Assembly (NCBI GenBank): GCA_951406725.2
Contig: OX597843.1
Span: 20,336,001 to 20,400,000, forward strand
Direction: 5' to 3'
From: Octopus vulgaris
Lineage: Eukaryota
DNA: 64,000 bases
Below are positions 1 through 18,540 of this stretch, in pieces. Numbering within the stretch: position 1 is the stretch's first letter; the number at the start of each line of letters is the position of its first letter. A program made the translations under genes and the position numbers. Below the pieces are notes generated by a model. That model saw nothing but the letters and a program-made list of their open reading frames with translations, had not been told where the DNA came from and did not search any database.

Positions 1-94
1 AACAAGTGGGAATAAAGGAATATAACTACAAATACTGAAGTCACACATCAAACACAAACATATATGTATGTATATATATATATATCTATATATT

Positions 95-1105
<1,011 letters not shown>

Positions 1106-1170
1106 CACATTTTAAGGATTGGTTTTGCAAGAATTTTGATGTGAAATCGTGTTTTAAAACAGATATTGTT

Positions 1171-1634
1171 GTATTTTAGGAATGGTCATTTTGCCAGTTT
1201 GACCAATAAGAACGCACGCACTATATATTTGGTGTTACTTTGCTTCAGCGTTATTTCTTTTTTAAATTAATCTTAATCTTATTTCGGCCAGAGTTCTTTC
1301 GTCACACTCTTGTGACCTCATCAGTGGTCCTTTGCTTTTTTCTTTCATATTTGTGTGTCTCTCCTTACTAACGGTCAGTCATTTTGTATTTTGCATTTCT
1401 ATTGTTTGTGTCTTCATTTGCGCATGTGTATACCTCTATATGGGTCTATGTGTGTGTGTGTGGGGAAAGTGCCTGTAATATTTGTATCTCCTGTTTATAT
1501 ATGTTCGAAATAACTGTGGCCGAAATAACATTAAGCTTAATGTAAAAATTAAATAACGCTGAAGCAAAGTAACACCAAAGATATAGTGCGTGTGATTTAT
1601 TGGCAAAACTGGCAAAATGACCATTCCTAAATAC
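1171..1634. mobile_element. Penelope-type terminal-repeat relic with ~130-bp inverted arms
   Basis: 1171-1301 (gtattttaggaatggtcattttgccag...tttcg) is the imperfect reverse complement of 1506-1634. It overlaps a hammerhead motif. Confidence 0.65.
1288..1327 (-). ncRNA. Minimal type I hammerhead ribozyme motif (slightly degenerate)
   Basis: Minus strand: cca CTGATGA g gtcaca agag tgtgac GAAA gaac TC tgg. Helix I cca/tgg; 6-bp helix II preceded by one extra G. Confidence 0.65.
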
Positions 1635-2028
1635 AAGAATATATATATATATATATATACATATGTGTGTATGTGTGCGTGTGTGTGTGTGTGTGTATGT
1701 ATGTGTGAGTGTGTGTGTGTACATACACACATCCACCTATATACCTTATCAAACCCTGATGTATAAACGCACACACTCACTTCCAGGCCACACATATATT
1801 CCCACTTTCTTACACACAGGCAAACATAAATTGAAAGACAATATGAATTGTAGAAGAATGAGGGTAAATAAAGAAGATAAGAGAGACATTTAGTTTGTGG
1901 AAATGACATTGGATGACATATCGTGATCTTATTATGAAGAAGATGACTAACATAAGAGAAAGTCTCCCGCCCCTAAGCCCTAGACCATCACCTAATCACT
2001 CTTATCCGTCTTGTTGCCCAAACCGCAA

Positions 2029-2068
2029 CATCGACATCATCACCATAATCATCATCATCATCATCATC

Positions 2069-2129
<61 letters not shown>

Positions 2130-2260
2130 ATAGTAGTAGTATTTGTAGTAGTAGAAGAAGAAGAAAAAGAAGAAGAAGAAGAAGGAGATGATGATAACGA
2201 TGATGATGATGATTATGAGGATAACGATGATTAGCAACAACAACAGCAACAACATTAAAA
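2029..2260. repeat. Compound trinucleotide microsatellite (CAT)n(AGT)n(GAA)n(GAT)n(CAA)n
   Basis: Directly visible. Confidence 0.95.
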
Positions 2261-2978
2261 CAACAATAAGAGAAGTGGCAGAAAATGTAGGAGCTGAAGA
2301 AAAGAATGATGTAAAAAATAAGGAGGAAACGAAGGAGTCTGTCATGAAGAAAACTTAAATATATTATTTCTGATCTTATAATAATTCTGCTTGTCATTAT
2401 GTTAATTAGTCCGTCGGTAACGCTTTCTCGTGATTAGAGAAAAAGAGGGAGAACGAAAAAGAGCGAAAGAGAAATGTCCATGACCTGAGGTAGAAGGAAC
2501 GTGACTGTAATGCTTTCAGGTGATTAGTTGAATGGAATGAGAGACCGAGAGAAAGAAAAAGGAATGAGAAAACGAAAGTAAGTGGAAGAGTGGGGCAGGA
2601 AGAGAGGGAGAGGGAGAATAGGGGAGAGAGAAAAGAGCGAGGGAGAAAAAGAGGGAGAGGACATGTGGTAGGGGGAACGTAATACTTATTACGTGACGAA
2701 AAAGTTAGTTGAAGGTAGTGATATTGAGGAGGGTTACGAACATAATTTTAGCAGAACGGTGATGTTCTGATGGTGAGATTAAAATAAGGCAGATAGGTAG
2801 ATAAACTGAAAAAATGAAAGAAAGGGGGAATGAGAGATGGTAGTAGTGGTGGTAGTGGTTGTGGTGGAAGTGGTGATGATTAGTGTATAATGCAAAGTAA
2901 CTTTTGAATTGAACTAAGTATTTTATATCCTCTATCACTTAACACATGCTCATAAATATACACACTGATTTATGTACG

Positions 2979-3050
<72 letters not shown>

Positions 3051-3286
3051 CAATTAAGAAATGTTTACACTATAATTAAAATATATATATTTTAATTAAA
3101 ATAAAGTTTGACACAGTAAATTCCATCTCTACAAGATCCCGGTTGATGTTGTTACTGCTTCTCATACATTCTGCCGTTGGTTGCGCTTCCGCTATGGGGG
3201 AGTTAGAAATTCGCAGTTTACGGTTATTTGATCCTTTTTCCAAAGCTGTGCTTATGATATAAGCAAATTACAAAACTTGACTGAAG

Positions 3287-4060
3287 AATGGATAGATAAA
3301 GAAGATTAGAAGCTACTCGCGAGAGGGTTAGGCACTATAGGCAGCGGATAAGAGAAGAACAGCGGTAAGAAATCAGAGAAAGGGACAGATGGTACCAACA
3401 GATGAGAGGATCTGCAATAGATGAAGAGCAACGCAAGGCACAATTGCAGTAAGAGAGAATACGAGACCAAGGTAGAAGACAGGATGAGGAAGAACAAACA
3501 CAGTACAAGGAACAACAAAGATTGATATTTCAGCGCAGAATGGAAAACATGAATGATATGCAGCGTGCGCAATATCAGGACCAACAGAAAAATGTTATGT
3601 AACAGAGAAGGGAGAATATGGATGATTTGGAAAGGGCTGCTTGTCTCCAAGATCAAACATAGAGACATCAAGATGGAGTTGCAAGTATGAATGCTGAACA
3701 GGCATTACGTTTGCGAGATGAACAGGTGCAACGAAAGCGTGAAGCAAGACATGGAGTACCACTGAACAGACACAATAATCCTAAACGAACCTATCGTATT
3801 GGTGATATGTAATTATATTGCGAGTATTGTGGAGCACTGAACTTTAAATATGAAAACTTCATGTTCTGTCACAATAATAAAGTGAATTTTCCTCCACTGC
3901 AACTAAACTTTCAGACATTGAAGCGTTTGTGTGAGAAAATTACCAAGAGTCTGCTTCATTTCGAAAAAATCGTCAGCAATTACAACTGCATATCTTCCTT
4001 TACGTCATTTGGTGTGAAACTCTCTGTGCCGCAAGGAAGAGTTCTACATTGTTTCTGTAT
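3287..4060 (+). pseudogene. Helitron Rep/Hel N-terminal region (degenerate)
   Basis: Charged E/R-rich repeats, a Zn-finger remnant (CEYCGALNFKYE...FCHNNKVNFPPL) and NYNCISSFTSFGVK...GRVLHCFCI, matching Helitron YN..F.FTS.G...GPY.FRIQGQ. Confidence 0.75.
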
Positions 4061-4271
4061 TGTTGTGGAAGGATTTCGACCACCTTCCAATTGTCTAAAC
4101 GCGGACTGACACATTCCTATTAAATAGACAACTGTCGAGTCTTCAGCAATTATTGGAAAATAGTTCGCTGTGAGCCACTGACAGAGAGTGTTGGGTAATC
4201 GATTCGCGTCGAGTAAACACTTTCTTTCCCTCTGATTCCTTAAATCATACGTTCCAAACCAGGGTATAAAA
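4061..4271 (+). repeat. 5' LTR of Gypsy copy A
   Basis: Starts TG; homologous to 8397-8621; followed by the PBS. Confidence 0.8.
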
Positions 4272-6277
4272 GTGGCGAAGAGTTCTTCGAAGTTTGCGTT
4301 GGATGTTTAAATTTGTTTGGGATGGGTATGAAACCAAAGAAAAATCGTTTAAGATAGAAGGCTTATTGGCGTCTGTTGTGCAGTTGCAACAGCAACAATA
4401 GTAACAACAACAAGACCGAGTACAACAGCAACAACAACAAAACCAAGAGTTGCTGGAATTAATGTTAAAGAAGTCTAAAAATACTTCAGGTGCGAACTTG
4501 CCAGACAGCGTAGCAAACTCTATTGAAGAATTCAGTTATAATCCAGAAGATGGGATTACCTTCTCTGCATATTTTCGAAGATACGAATAAATTTTCAAAG
4601 AAGAATTTATGAATTGATCTGAGAGGAAAAATAGTACGACTACTTTGTAAGAAAGGTATCCCTTGCCAAATACAAAAAATATAATAATTATATTCTGCCG
4701 AAGAAGTCAGGTAAGATTTGTTACAATAAAAACTATTAACATTTTATCAAATGATTTAGAACTGGACGAAAATTAACTCTTCAGACACAAGCAGAAGAAT
4801 GCCAGGTGACTCGACGCAGAAAAAAATGAAGAAAAAGATTGCTCTCATATTCCAGTGTCTCCAACGTAACGGATAAGAAATAAGACAAAAAATGTCAAGA
4901 AGGAGTCCATGTTGTGGTCTATATTTTAAAAGTAACTGCCCGTTTAAAATCCAAAAACGAAATTTTATCAAAACGGTTCAGTGAAAGACGTTCTCTGGTA
5001 AATACTTGAGGACAGGTTTTACATTTTGTCCAAAAACATGAATATTTCGTCACCTGTCCGAGGCTGTTAACGGAAAATGTAAAAAATTCAAATCATATGA
5101 ATTAAGATGATGTTCAAATGCATATTTTTAGTTTAAGGCCTAACTGCAAGCAAAGATGGAGATATATGTTCACGGATGTCAACAAAATTAGAACTGGACA
5201 AAAAGTAACTCTACAAACAGAAGCAGAAGAATGTCAGGAAAGACGACGCAGAAAAAAATGAAGAAAGCGACGCCCAAAACGAAATTGAAGAAAAAGATTG
5301 CTCTCATATTCCAGTGTCTCCACCGTAACGGATAAGAAATAAGAGAAAAAATGTGAATATCGAATCCATGTTGTGGGTGCGGTGGTCAACATTTTAAAAG
5401 TAACTGCCCGTTTCAAAATATAAAAGGCGTCAAATGTGGCAAGAGAGATCATAAAAAATTCACACTGTAGAACAAACCTGGAAAACAGTTCAACAGAAAG
5501 AAAACACGAAAACAGGCCATCGTTGACCAATAAACGAACAGCCTCAAAGGAAAATTGTGTACGTAAAGTTGCAACTAGATAAGGGCAGTGATATCTCGAT
5601 AATTAACACAGATACATAGAAAAAAAAACAGAAGACCTAGATTAAAAGACATTTCGAAAATTGTAGGTGGTGTTTCAGGAAAATAATTACATTTTAGTGG
5701 CATAATGATAAATCACGTTCCATTTCGTTGAAAAAACCTTATAAACCAAAGATTTTGTGTTGAATAATATCCCAAACTTATTCGGAACACTGAATAGAAT
5801 TGTTTACCTTATGGGAACTCCCCATAAATCTTTTCAGTAAAAATGTGAATGGTTTTCTTGCCAATACAAATGAATCGTTGGACGATTTGTAGAAATAATT
5901 TTAAAAGATTTTTCCTGAAGTTCTCTCTGATAAATTAGATCTCAGCATTACAACGAAAACGAAGTTCCAAGTAAAAGTAAATGCCAAACCGGTATTTAAA
6001 TATAAACGAACTGTAACTTTTGCATCGTGGGAACAGATAAGCTTTTGCAGCGTTAGAAACAAATAAACAAAATCAGAGTGTATGCTGATTTTTTCCACTG
6101 GTTTAAATTAGTGTCTTAAAACATTCCACAATCCGCTACCTACCCTGGGGGATATATTTGCAAAATTAGACGGTGGCAAGGTATTTTCTTAATTGGATCT
6201 CCCTGACGCATACCTACATATTAGCGTAGACGATGAATGCTATAAATACCTAAAGATTAACGCACATATGTATATAT

Positions 6278-6509
6278 ATTTCTTTACTACTCACAAGGAT
6301 CTAAACACAGAGGGGAGAAACAAGGACAGATAAACGGATTAAGTCGATTACATTGACCCCAGTGCGTAACTGTTACTTAATTTATCGACCCCGAAAGGAT
6401 GAAAGGCAAAGTCGACCTCGGCGGAATTTGATCTCGGAACGTAATGACAGATGAAATACGGCTAGGCATTTCGCCCGGCGCGCTAACGTTTCTGCCAGCT
6501 GGCCGCTTA
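6278..6509 (-). mobile_element. tRNA-derived SINE (same family as 44279-44509)
   Basis: Reverse complement gcggccagctggcagaaacgttagc...gtcgactttgcctttcatcctttcggggtcgataaattaag. Absent from copy B, where only (TA)n is present (~33997-34038). Confidence 0.88.
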
Positions 6510-8396
6510 CGTATGTACAACAGGTGACTGGATGTCTTCAATGTCACGCCGGCGATTTTTCAACAGCTTATAGATGCAGTGTTAGCGGATAGTAAATTTG
6601 CATTTCCATATATGGATGATATACTCATTAAAAGCGAATCACGGGATCAACATGTAGAGCAAGTAATATATATGTTCGAAAAAATTAGGGATTACACTGA
6701 AAAAGAAAGCGTGATTTTTTTCTGACCGAAAATAAAATTGGACAAACAATTGAAAGAAATGGACGAGGACCAGATCCGTTGAGGGCAGACGCAATTAAAT
6801 ACATGCCCCCTCCAACAAATATAACGACCTTACATGATTGCTTTGGAGACCGGCAAATTATGACCAAAATTATATTCTAAATATGCATAGGGTAAGTGTT
6901 ACAGTAGATTATGTATTTAAAAAATGTCAATTGAAATTGCTCTGAAAATTGTCAAAGGGAATTCGACGAAATTTTAAAATATTAACATCTGATTTGTTGT
7001 TAGCACGCTTCGATTCTGTAGCGGAGAATGTTGTAACTTCAGATGTCTCTGAATACTGAATCGGCGCAGCAATGCTACATAAATATAAAGATGGTAACAT
7101 GAAGGCGGTGGTTAATGATATCAGCAGAAAAATTTACAGCCAAATAAAAAAAGAGGCTCTTGTAATTATTTTTGCCGTAAAAAATTGCATAGATTTTTAC
7201 ACGGCAGAAGTTTTTGAATACAGACAGATCATCGTCCGTTATTATCAGTATATGATTCAAAGCAATACATATCAAGCCGTACTGCTAATAGGCTGCAGCG
7301 CTGGGGTACTGTATTATTAAGCTATGAATTTATGATAGAGTATATACCATCTAAAAAATTAGGACACGCTAATTGTTTATCAAGACCGATTTCAGAAAAT
7401 GCGGAAACATTTGAAGATACCGTGATTGCTACTTTGCGAGCGGAAAATGAAATTAAGAGCAAACTGTATAACTCCATGCGTGAACTGCTATTTACCTTAC
7501 AAGACATAAAATTACAATTGGGAAACGATATATTCATTACAAAATGAAAGAAATGCAGAAGTGTTAAAGATATAAAAGATATTCGAGCCTATCACAACGT
7601 GTGACAATGTGCTGATGTATGCACAAAGAGTCGTAGTGCCAGCCGCACTACAAAAGCAATTACTAAAGGAATTTCATATTGAGTCAAAGGGATTTCAATA
7701 ATGAAATCGTTAATGAGAAGTTAGGTATACTGGCCAACAACGGACTGTAACATTGAAGATATAGTGATAGTATGCAATACGCTGTTCTCTAGCTCCAAAT
7801 ACACCCGTCACGAAATGACACCCGTGGCTAAAATCAATTAAGGTTTCATATCACTTCGTTGTGGGGGACTGTTTTAAAAACGTGGTCTGAAGTGCATAAA
7901 TGTAGAAAGCAGACATCTCTGGTTACAGAGATATTTGATGTTTGTTAGAAAGATCAGATCCATCTTTGATCAGCCGATACCGAGTGAAAATATAAAATAA
8001 AGGAAAATTTCAAAATTCTTCAAGTTAGGTGACAGATTTTATTAAAGACCTATAGATATAGTAAAGCAAGCTGGGAGGATGGTACAATTGTTAAATAAAT
8101 TTCAAGAATGATATTCCTGGTAAAAGGTAAAAACAAATATCGAACATAAAAGACTTATTAACCAACTTAAAACCTGATTCAAGGAAAAATCAGTCAAAAG
8201 AAGTGAATTTCTCATGTCGCACGACACGTTTGAGGTACCAACACAGAAACAATTTGTAATTACACGTTCTAGCACCAGAAAACGAAACGAATGGAAACAC
8301 AAGAATTGAGCCCTAAGCATAATAGCTATTAAAACTCTGAGCGACTTTAATTCTCAAGTGGAGAATTTAGGGGAGACTAATTCTATAAAGGGGAGA

Positions 8397-8621
8397 TGCT
8401 GTGGAAAGATTCTGACAACATTACAAGTGACTAAAAGTGGTCTGACACATTTCCATTACATGGAGAACTGTCTAGTCGTAAGCAATTGATTGTAAACAAT
8501 TGATTGGTAAGCATTTCCCTATGATCCGTTGACAGAGAGCTTCAAGTCTCATGTAATAGCAATCGTATTGCGTCGTGGAAATAACTTCGTTAAATTATAT
8601 ATCCAATACCAAGATACAGAA
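8397..8621 (+). repeat. 3' LTR of Gypsy copy A
   Basis: Follows the polypurine tract; tgctgtggaaagatt...ccaagatacagaa; a strongly diverged homologue of the 5' LTR. Confidence 0.8.
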
Positions 8622-10700
8622 CGTACTCAGGGACAAACTTAGCACAACACTACGAACTTGAATCTGTCAATGGTCGCCTGCAGTACAGTCAGTTGTATAT
8701 TATTAATGCATCACACAGTGGAAGCTCAGCATCACAGAGTGGATGCACTCCCAAAGCTCTCCCTAAAGAATGGTTGTTATGTGCAACAAGTAAATCCTTA
8801 TGTTGAGTTATATGGCAACATGCACTTAATTGAACAACAAGAGATTGAAAATGCCAGGAGAGAAAATGTGAACTACAATTCAAAAGAAGGCGCTACAATT
8901 TTGAATTGGAGGATAGGCATATATTTGGTGTAAGAGTAACTCATGTCTATGTTATCGAGTTTCAGAAGAGAGGACTTCCACACTGCCATATGCACGGAGA
9001 CAAAGTGAAGATCAGAGATGATATAGACAGAATGGTATCAGCAGAAATTTCTGATTCAAATCATGACCCCGTCTTGCATGATTTATTAAAAAAATTCATG
9101 ATACTTAGACCTTGTGGTGTTGATAATCCCTCCTCTCAATACATGGGGAATAGCTCTTGCCAAAAAAGGTTTCCCAAGAACTACAGAAATGAGACACTAC
9201 TAAATATTAATGGATATCCAGAATACATGAGGCACAATAAAGGGATCACATCACAAGTTGGATGCCATTCTGTTGACAACTGGTATGTCGTTCCATACTA
9301 TTTTATATTTTTTTTTATCTAGTTTCAGCTCAAGAGCTGTGGCCATGCTGGGGCACCGCCATTTGGTGTTGCTACATGATTTTACTTCACGAATGCTTTT
9401 TAGCAACTGCCATTTGGTGCATGAGAGAGTTCGATGCAGCTGCCCTCATCTGCACCTCCTGCCGTGAAGATGGTTCATCTGGGACACTTGACAGGAAGAG
9501 ATCCAGTCCTACTGTAAAGACATCTGCATTCACCCCATGCAGGTCTTTCAGGTTATTCGGGAGGATATTGAAGAGCTGTGGGCCTCTGAAGCCCAGGCTA
9601 TCACAGAATCTTGTCCTACATCTTGATGGCAAATTCGGAGTCCTTGGCACCACGCAGTGGCACCCATTTGTGTAACTCTCGATGCCGAGATGCTTACCTA
9701 TTAAAGAAATTCCAAGCTCTTATTAATGTAGAAGTTTGCTCCTCCGTAAACATATCAACTACATATGCAAGAATGTCTACAACGGTCGTGATAGCGCTTC
9801 AGTTGAAGTAAGGAATGATGCAGTTGCAGAAGGTGGACAGACTCAGCAACCCCAAGGCTAAATCAGAAATTATTTTGCGTGTTGATATGTTTCACCTTCT
9901 GAAGCCATGTGGAGAATGTCTACGTAGAAGCTGCATGACTAGTCCCACACTGTCTACATATTAGCAGTTCACTTTGAAGACCAGCGGAGACTGAGCTTTC
10001 ACAGAGGTAGCACTTAGCAACCTGCTCAAGAACAGAGAGATCGTGACAATACTCTCACTGCATGGTTCAAACTGAATGAGTACGATTAACGGAAGTACTT
10101 CTACCCTAACATTCCTAAAAGTTATGTGTTTAATGAACGTACAAAATCATGAACACTCAGGAGAAGAAACAATAACATCGGCTGCAGAATGAACACAGTG
10201 AGTCCTAAGGACGTAGAAATATTTCATTTACGATTGCTATTTTGGATGTTCCAGGTGCTAAGAGCTTTGAAGAAGTGAGCACTGTAGGAGGTGAAATCTA
10301 TGCAACATTTAAAGATGCGTACATATGAGTTGGTCTCCTCCAAAATGATGAGGGTTTGGAGCATACTCTACTTGAAGCTGCTGCGTATCGGATGCCATTT
10401 CAGTTGCGTATTGCTTTTGCTGTCCTCTGAAACTATGCACATCCTTCCAATGTACTTCGCCTGTGGAATACTGACAAGAATTCTATGAAGGAAGATTATG
10501 TTCAGCGAGGGCTGAATGCAGACTCTACACTCCATAAATTCTGTGTTAATTGAAAATTGCACTAGCTGGTTTAATATTAGCTTGCTTGAACCAATTGGAA
10601 TGTAACGGGTTGAGCAGAAAGATGACATGAACCACACACTCATTGCAACCATTACCAATGAGCAGAAAGGGATCACTGATGCAGTCATTAAAGACAGTTG
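8622..10700 (+). pseudogene. Helitron Rep (HUH rolling-circle initiator) region, disrupted
   Basis: FGVRVTHVYVIEFQKRGLPHCHM (HUH motif), PCGVDNPSS..CQKRFPK, GYPEY, VDNWYVVPY, INVEVCSS, YVSPSEAMWR, LAVHFE; many stops and frameshifts. Confidence 0.92.
9301..9689 (-). mobile_element. CR1-type LINE 3' fragment inserted in the Helitron (copy A only)
   Basis: ORF 9387-9653 ([24 protein letters not shown]) plus 3' tail and A-rich end. Copy B is uninterrupted at ~36950. Confidence 0.9.
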
Positions 10701-11192
10701 GTAAGAAAAGGTTGAGGTGAGATGCTGGAATCTTTCTATTTCTCTGTAGATTTTCCTGGAGGCTTTAACTTCATAAATTCCACTTCAATCCGTACACTTC
10801 GGTAAATTTCTTATTTAATTTTGCAACGTTCTGTGTTTTCTTTTTGTTGTTGTTGACGGAATTACTTTTAAATGTAAGTTCATAATTTACTGACAGGAGT
10901 AACTTCAAACATTTCACTTAAACCCGAGCACATAATTAATTTCCCTAAACATTTCTTTTTTACTTTTGCGCCGGTTTTTTGTTTATCTGTTGTTAATGGC
11001 TTTTTTCTGGTTCCTTCGATACTGGCACTTTGGTTAAGTTAGTGACAAATTTCACTTCAACACGTACAATTCTTTATTGTCCGTAAAACTATCTTGTTAA
11101 TGTTCTGCTCGTTGTATTAAGAAATATAATTTTCGTTACCCAGTTTATTTTCATTGTTTACTATCTTCTTCGCCGTGTATTTCTGTATAACC

Positions 11193-11380
11193 ATGCCTAG
11201 AAGGAAGGTGTCAAATCTGTCTACGATGTGATGGTAAAGCCAAAAGAATGTCTCTGTCCAGGGAAAGAGAGACAGCTGCAGAAAGGGAAGCATACCTAGA
11301 AACGAACAGACTGTGCACTACGAAAAAAACAGAACATCTCAGAGTGAGGAACAGAGGTATGCACGGCTGACAAGGAATAA
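11193..11380 (+). pseudogene. 5' part of a second Helitron-like ORF (longer in copy B, 38456-39050)
   Basis: atgcctagaaggaag (MPRRK) and RERETAAERE-type repeats. Confidence 0.55.
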
Positions 11381-11448
11381 GATCTCCACTGCAGAGAGAC
11401 AAGGAATAAGATCTCCACTGCAGAGAGACAAGGAATAAGATCTCCACT
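11369..11448 (+). repeat. 29-bp tandem repeat, ~2.8 copies
   Basis: gacaaggaataagatctccactgcagaga at 11369, 11398 and 11427 (partial). Confidence 0.95.
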
Positions 11449-11729
11449 AATTACATTTATTTTTGACTGAGTATTCGTTTTCCTCTTCTCCCTATTTTCT
11501 TTCATCTTTCTCTTCTACTACTTTCTTTTCCCTCTAAGCAGTTACGAAAGCGAAAGCTCATTAGGTCACTTTATCTAAAGAGGAACGCAAGACTTCCTCG
11601 TTCATATTTGAATCTTTTGCATGTCTGCAGTCTTATTTGTATTTTATTCGTTCCCCAACTAGATGGCAATATAACAACATGCCAGATGACCCTCGAAATC
11701 TTTAGTCACACACAACTTTATCGATGTGC

Positions 11730-11826
11730 CTGATGAGGTCCAGACTGATCGATGCTGCACAACAAGTTGAACAGAGTCCCACGCATAAAGAACAATAGCA
11801 AGACGGGTCGAAACAAACGTTGAACA
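11730..11826 (+). ncRNA. Degenerate hammerhead ribozyme motif (paralog at 39810-39906)
   Basis: CTGATGA ggtcc...gggtc GAAA caaacgttg AA. Copy B has CTGATGG...GAAA cgaaagttg TA. Each copy carries a different core lesion. Confidence 0.45.
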
Positions 11827-12154
11827 GAATAAAATTTAATACCAGATCCATCATTTCGTTACTTGATATAATTATGTATACACAAATACACACACATACG
11901 CAAACAGGCATAGATATATAATACTATATTTGTTCCACGTCCTCGCGTGGTTGTGTTTTTTGTGCTTTCTTGTTTGGATTAACTATATATATATATATAA
12001 TTTCAGTAAAACAATTAAGATTTAAGTGAATTCCAATGAATTCAAGTGAATGTGGTACTTAACTTAGATGCACCAGAATTCTTTATGTTATTAACCAAAG
12101 AATAATGTGGTGTGATTATAACCAAGAAAAAAGCATCAAGAATGGATTAGTAGT

Positions 12155-12241
12155 CTAGTACAATTGTTTCATCCTAAGAAGAATTTTATTTAAAGCCGCA
12201 AATATTGCAGCAAATAGAAATGTCCCGTATTCATCAGCTAA
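12155..12241 (-). ncRNA. Minimal type I hammerhead ribozyme motif
   Basis: Minus strand: ttag CTGATGA atac...ggat GAAA caattg TA ctag. Palindromic helix III acaattgt; GUA site; one helix II mismatch. Confidence 0.75.
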
Positions 12242-13344
12242 ATCACATATTTGTTTTCCAGACATCCTAGAGAGTGTGGCTATCCTTATGAAGTATTAGG
12301 AGTGTGTTCTATGAAATTTAAAGTCAGATTATAAGCAGACATAAAATGTTTTCTAATGATGCACAGTTTTATAAAAAGTTTTTAAAATGATTGTTAACTT
12401 CTCAGAGAAGGTGAATCCATCCATAATAATGCAGATGTAATTTCCGGAGACATGAGGAAAGTTGTTGAACACACACCTATTCATTTCACAACTAAGTTGT
12501 TGCAAAAAAGATTTGGTTGTAGTTGCGAGAAAGTCAATGAAGCAGAATCCGCCCAATTAAGGACATTATGGGAGGAAGGAAGTAGGGGAGTAAGAAGGCA
12601 TAATTATACCACAGACAAAGATTAGTTTATTTCTGTGGTGACAGAAAATCTAGGTCAGTGTTGCAGGAATCTGTGATTTACAAAGGAACATTAATTTTGA
12701 CCAGCAACAGCTATGAACTGAGACGCTCACAGAGTTAAAGGTAGGATAAAGAATACAGAGAGATCAAAGGAAAACATTAATGGGGTCAAAGGCTATCAGT
12801 AGAGGAAGATACAGTAAGAAAGTTAAGGGTAACACTAGAATAGAAGCTTATTTATTTATTATTGTTTCTATTTTAACTTATGTTTATATATTGTAAGAAA
12901 GAATTTAGGTCAACATCTAGAGGTCAAATTCTATAGTAAATGGTGGGAGAATTTTACTCATTCAAAGTATATAGTGAAAATTACTTGTATCATTAAGGGA
13001 ATTGTATTAACTATTAAATTTAGAATAGAATTAGGAAATATTAGCAGTTTATTTTATTTAAGTTAGGTTAATTAAATTGCCTATATAGTCAATTAAAACT
13101 TAGCATCGTACAAATACTATTTATTTTTATGTTTTAAACAGGTACAGTTAGAAAGAAAGAACACCAGTGGAAGAGCTCACAGATTACTATTTAAATTATT
13201 TTATAGTTTTTATTATTGAGTGAATACAAGATAGAACCTAACTCTATACGGTTATTCTATACGATTTTTATTTAAAATATTTTAGAGTTTTGAATTTTGA
13301 GTGGATACAAGACAAACCTAATTTTATACGGTTATTTAATAAAT

Positions 13345-13700
13345 TTCTTTCGATGTGGTGAATCTGTACACCAATACCCCACATGACTATGGTATAGAAA
13401 CAATCACATTCCGGCTAGAAAAATACCCAGAAGAGATCTCAGGATGCATCAACCACAGATTCATAATCGAAGCCTCTCAAATTCCTCTTGCTGAACAACT
13501 ACTTCATGTTCGATATAACTTACTATCGACAAAAATGTGGAATTGCAATGGGAACCAGAGATACTGTAGTGATTGCAAAGCTTGTAATGGGTTACCTAGA
13601 ACTTAAGTTATACAAATCATCACTAGAAAATTATGGCACCTCTTTTAATTGCTATTTAAAGGAGAACTGGAAGAGGTATTTGGATGATTGCTTCATTTGG
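13345..13700 (+). pseudogene. Penelope-like RT fragment
   Basis: SFDVVNLYTN, NNYFMFD..YYRQKCGIAMGT, WKRYLDDCFI; close to 45847-46200. Confidence 0.88.
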
Positions 13701-14407
13701 ATGATATTTAAATATCGATATTATCAAGTGGCCAGTATGGGAAAGAATACCGTGCAACGGTAATAATTTTTTACAATTAAAATTGAGGGTGTCTGAGAGA
13801 CACCACCATGCCGAAATAGCAGTCGAAACTCTGACTATAAAATCCACGTTAAATGTTCATATCGTACCATGAGATAAGACAGAGGGACAAAATAGACAAG
13901 CAAAAGTTATTGAATGACACCCTCATTTTTAATTGTAAAAAATTATTACCTTTCTACGGTTATCTTTCCCATGCTGGCCACTTGATAATATCGATATTTA
14001 AATATCGATATAATCCTCATTTATAAATTTATATAATTCGTTATTATATTCACTGCGGTGTTTATTTTAACCATATCGTGCTTATGGGATGTTTTGGCGG
14101 GCAATTTAACTGGCCGTGTGCATACGTACATATGTATGTATGTATGGACGTTTGTATATGTAAGTATATCGTTTGTTCTGCATATATATATATATATCTG
14201 TCTTTATGTACCCTTGACATATTCAATTGATGACGGTAAAGCTTATTTAAAGCAAAACCAGAATTCCTGGATCTTGAATTATTCAATAACTTTTGCTTGT
14301 CTATTTTGTCCCTCTGTCTTATCTCATGGTACGATATGAACATTTAACGTGGATTTTATAGTCAGATTTTCGACTGCTATTTCGGCATGGTGGTGTCATT
14401 TTTAATT

Positions 14408-14410
<3 letters not shown>
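13700..14410. repeat. Nested inverted-repeat module (PLE terminal-repeat-like)
   Basis: 13703-13793 is inverted at 13916-14010, and 13799-13915 is inverted at 14281-14397. Confidence 0.85.
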
Positions 14411-14698
<288 letters not shown>

Positions 14699-14699
14699 A

Positions 14700-18540
<3,841 letters not shown>

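Larger units (their letters stand above)
4061..8621 (+). mobile_element. Ty3/Gypsy LTR retrotransposon (decayed), inserted in the Helitron
   Basis: 5' LTR starts tgttgtggaa; PBS-like tggcgaagag at 4273; gag knuckle CGGQHFKSNCPF; RT PLPTLGDIFAKLDGGKVFS*LDL and YMDDILI; RNase H YSQIKKEALVIIFAVK and EYIPSKKLGHANCLSR; integrase N-terminus; PPT aaagggga before the 3' LTR; 5-bp TSD tgtat/cgtac. Confidence 0.92.
3046..11900 (+). repeat. Segmental duplication, copy A (~8.8 kb; partner at 31221-39990)
   Basis: Both copies start ttacaattaagaaatgtt just after a (TA)n tract, run collinearly through Helitron, Gypsy, Helitron and PLE remnants, and end at tatgtatacacaaataca. Roughly 90% identical by eye. 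Confidence 0.97.

Noticed and set aside
11369-11448. 29-bp repeat of CRISPR-like length
   Set aside because: Head-to-tail with no spacers and no cas genes; a slippage triplication at a deletion junction in eukaryotic DNA.
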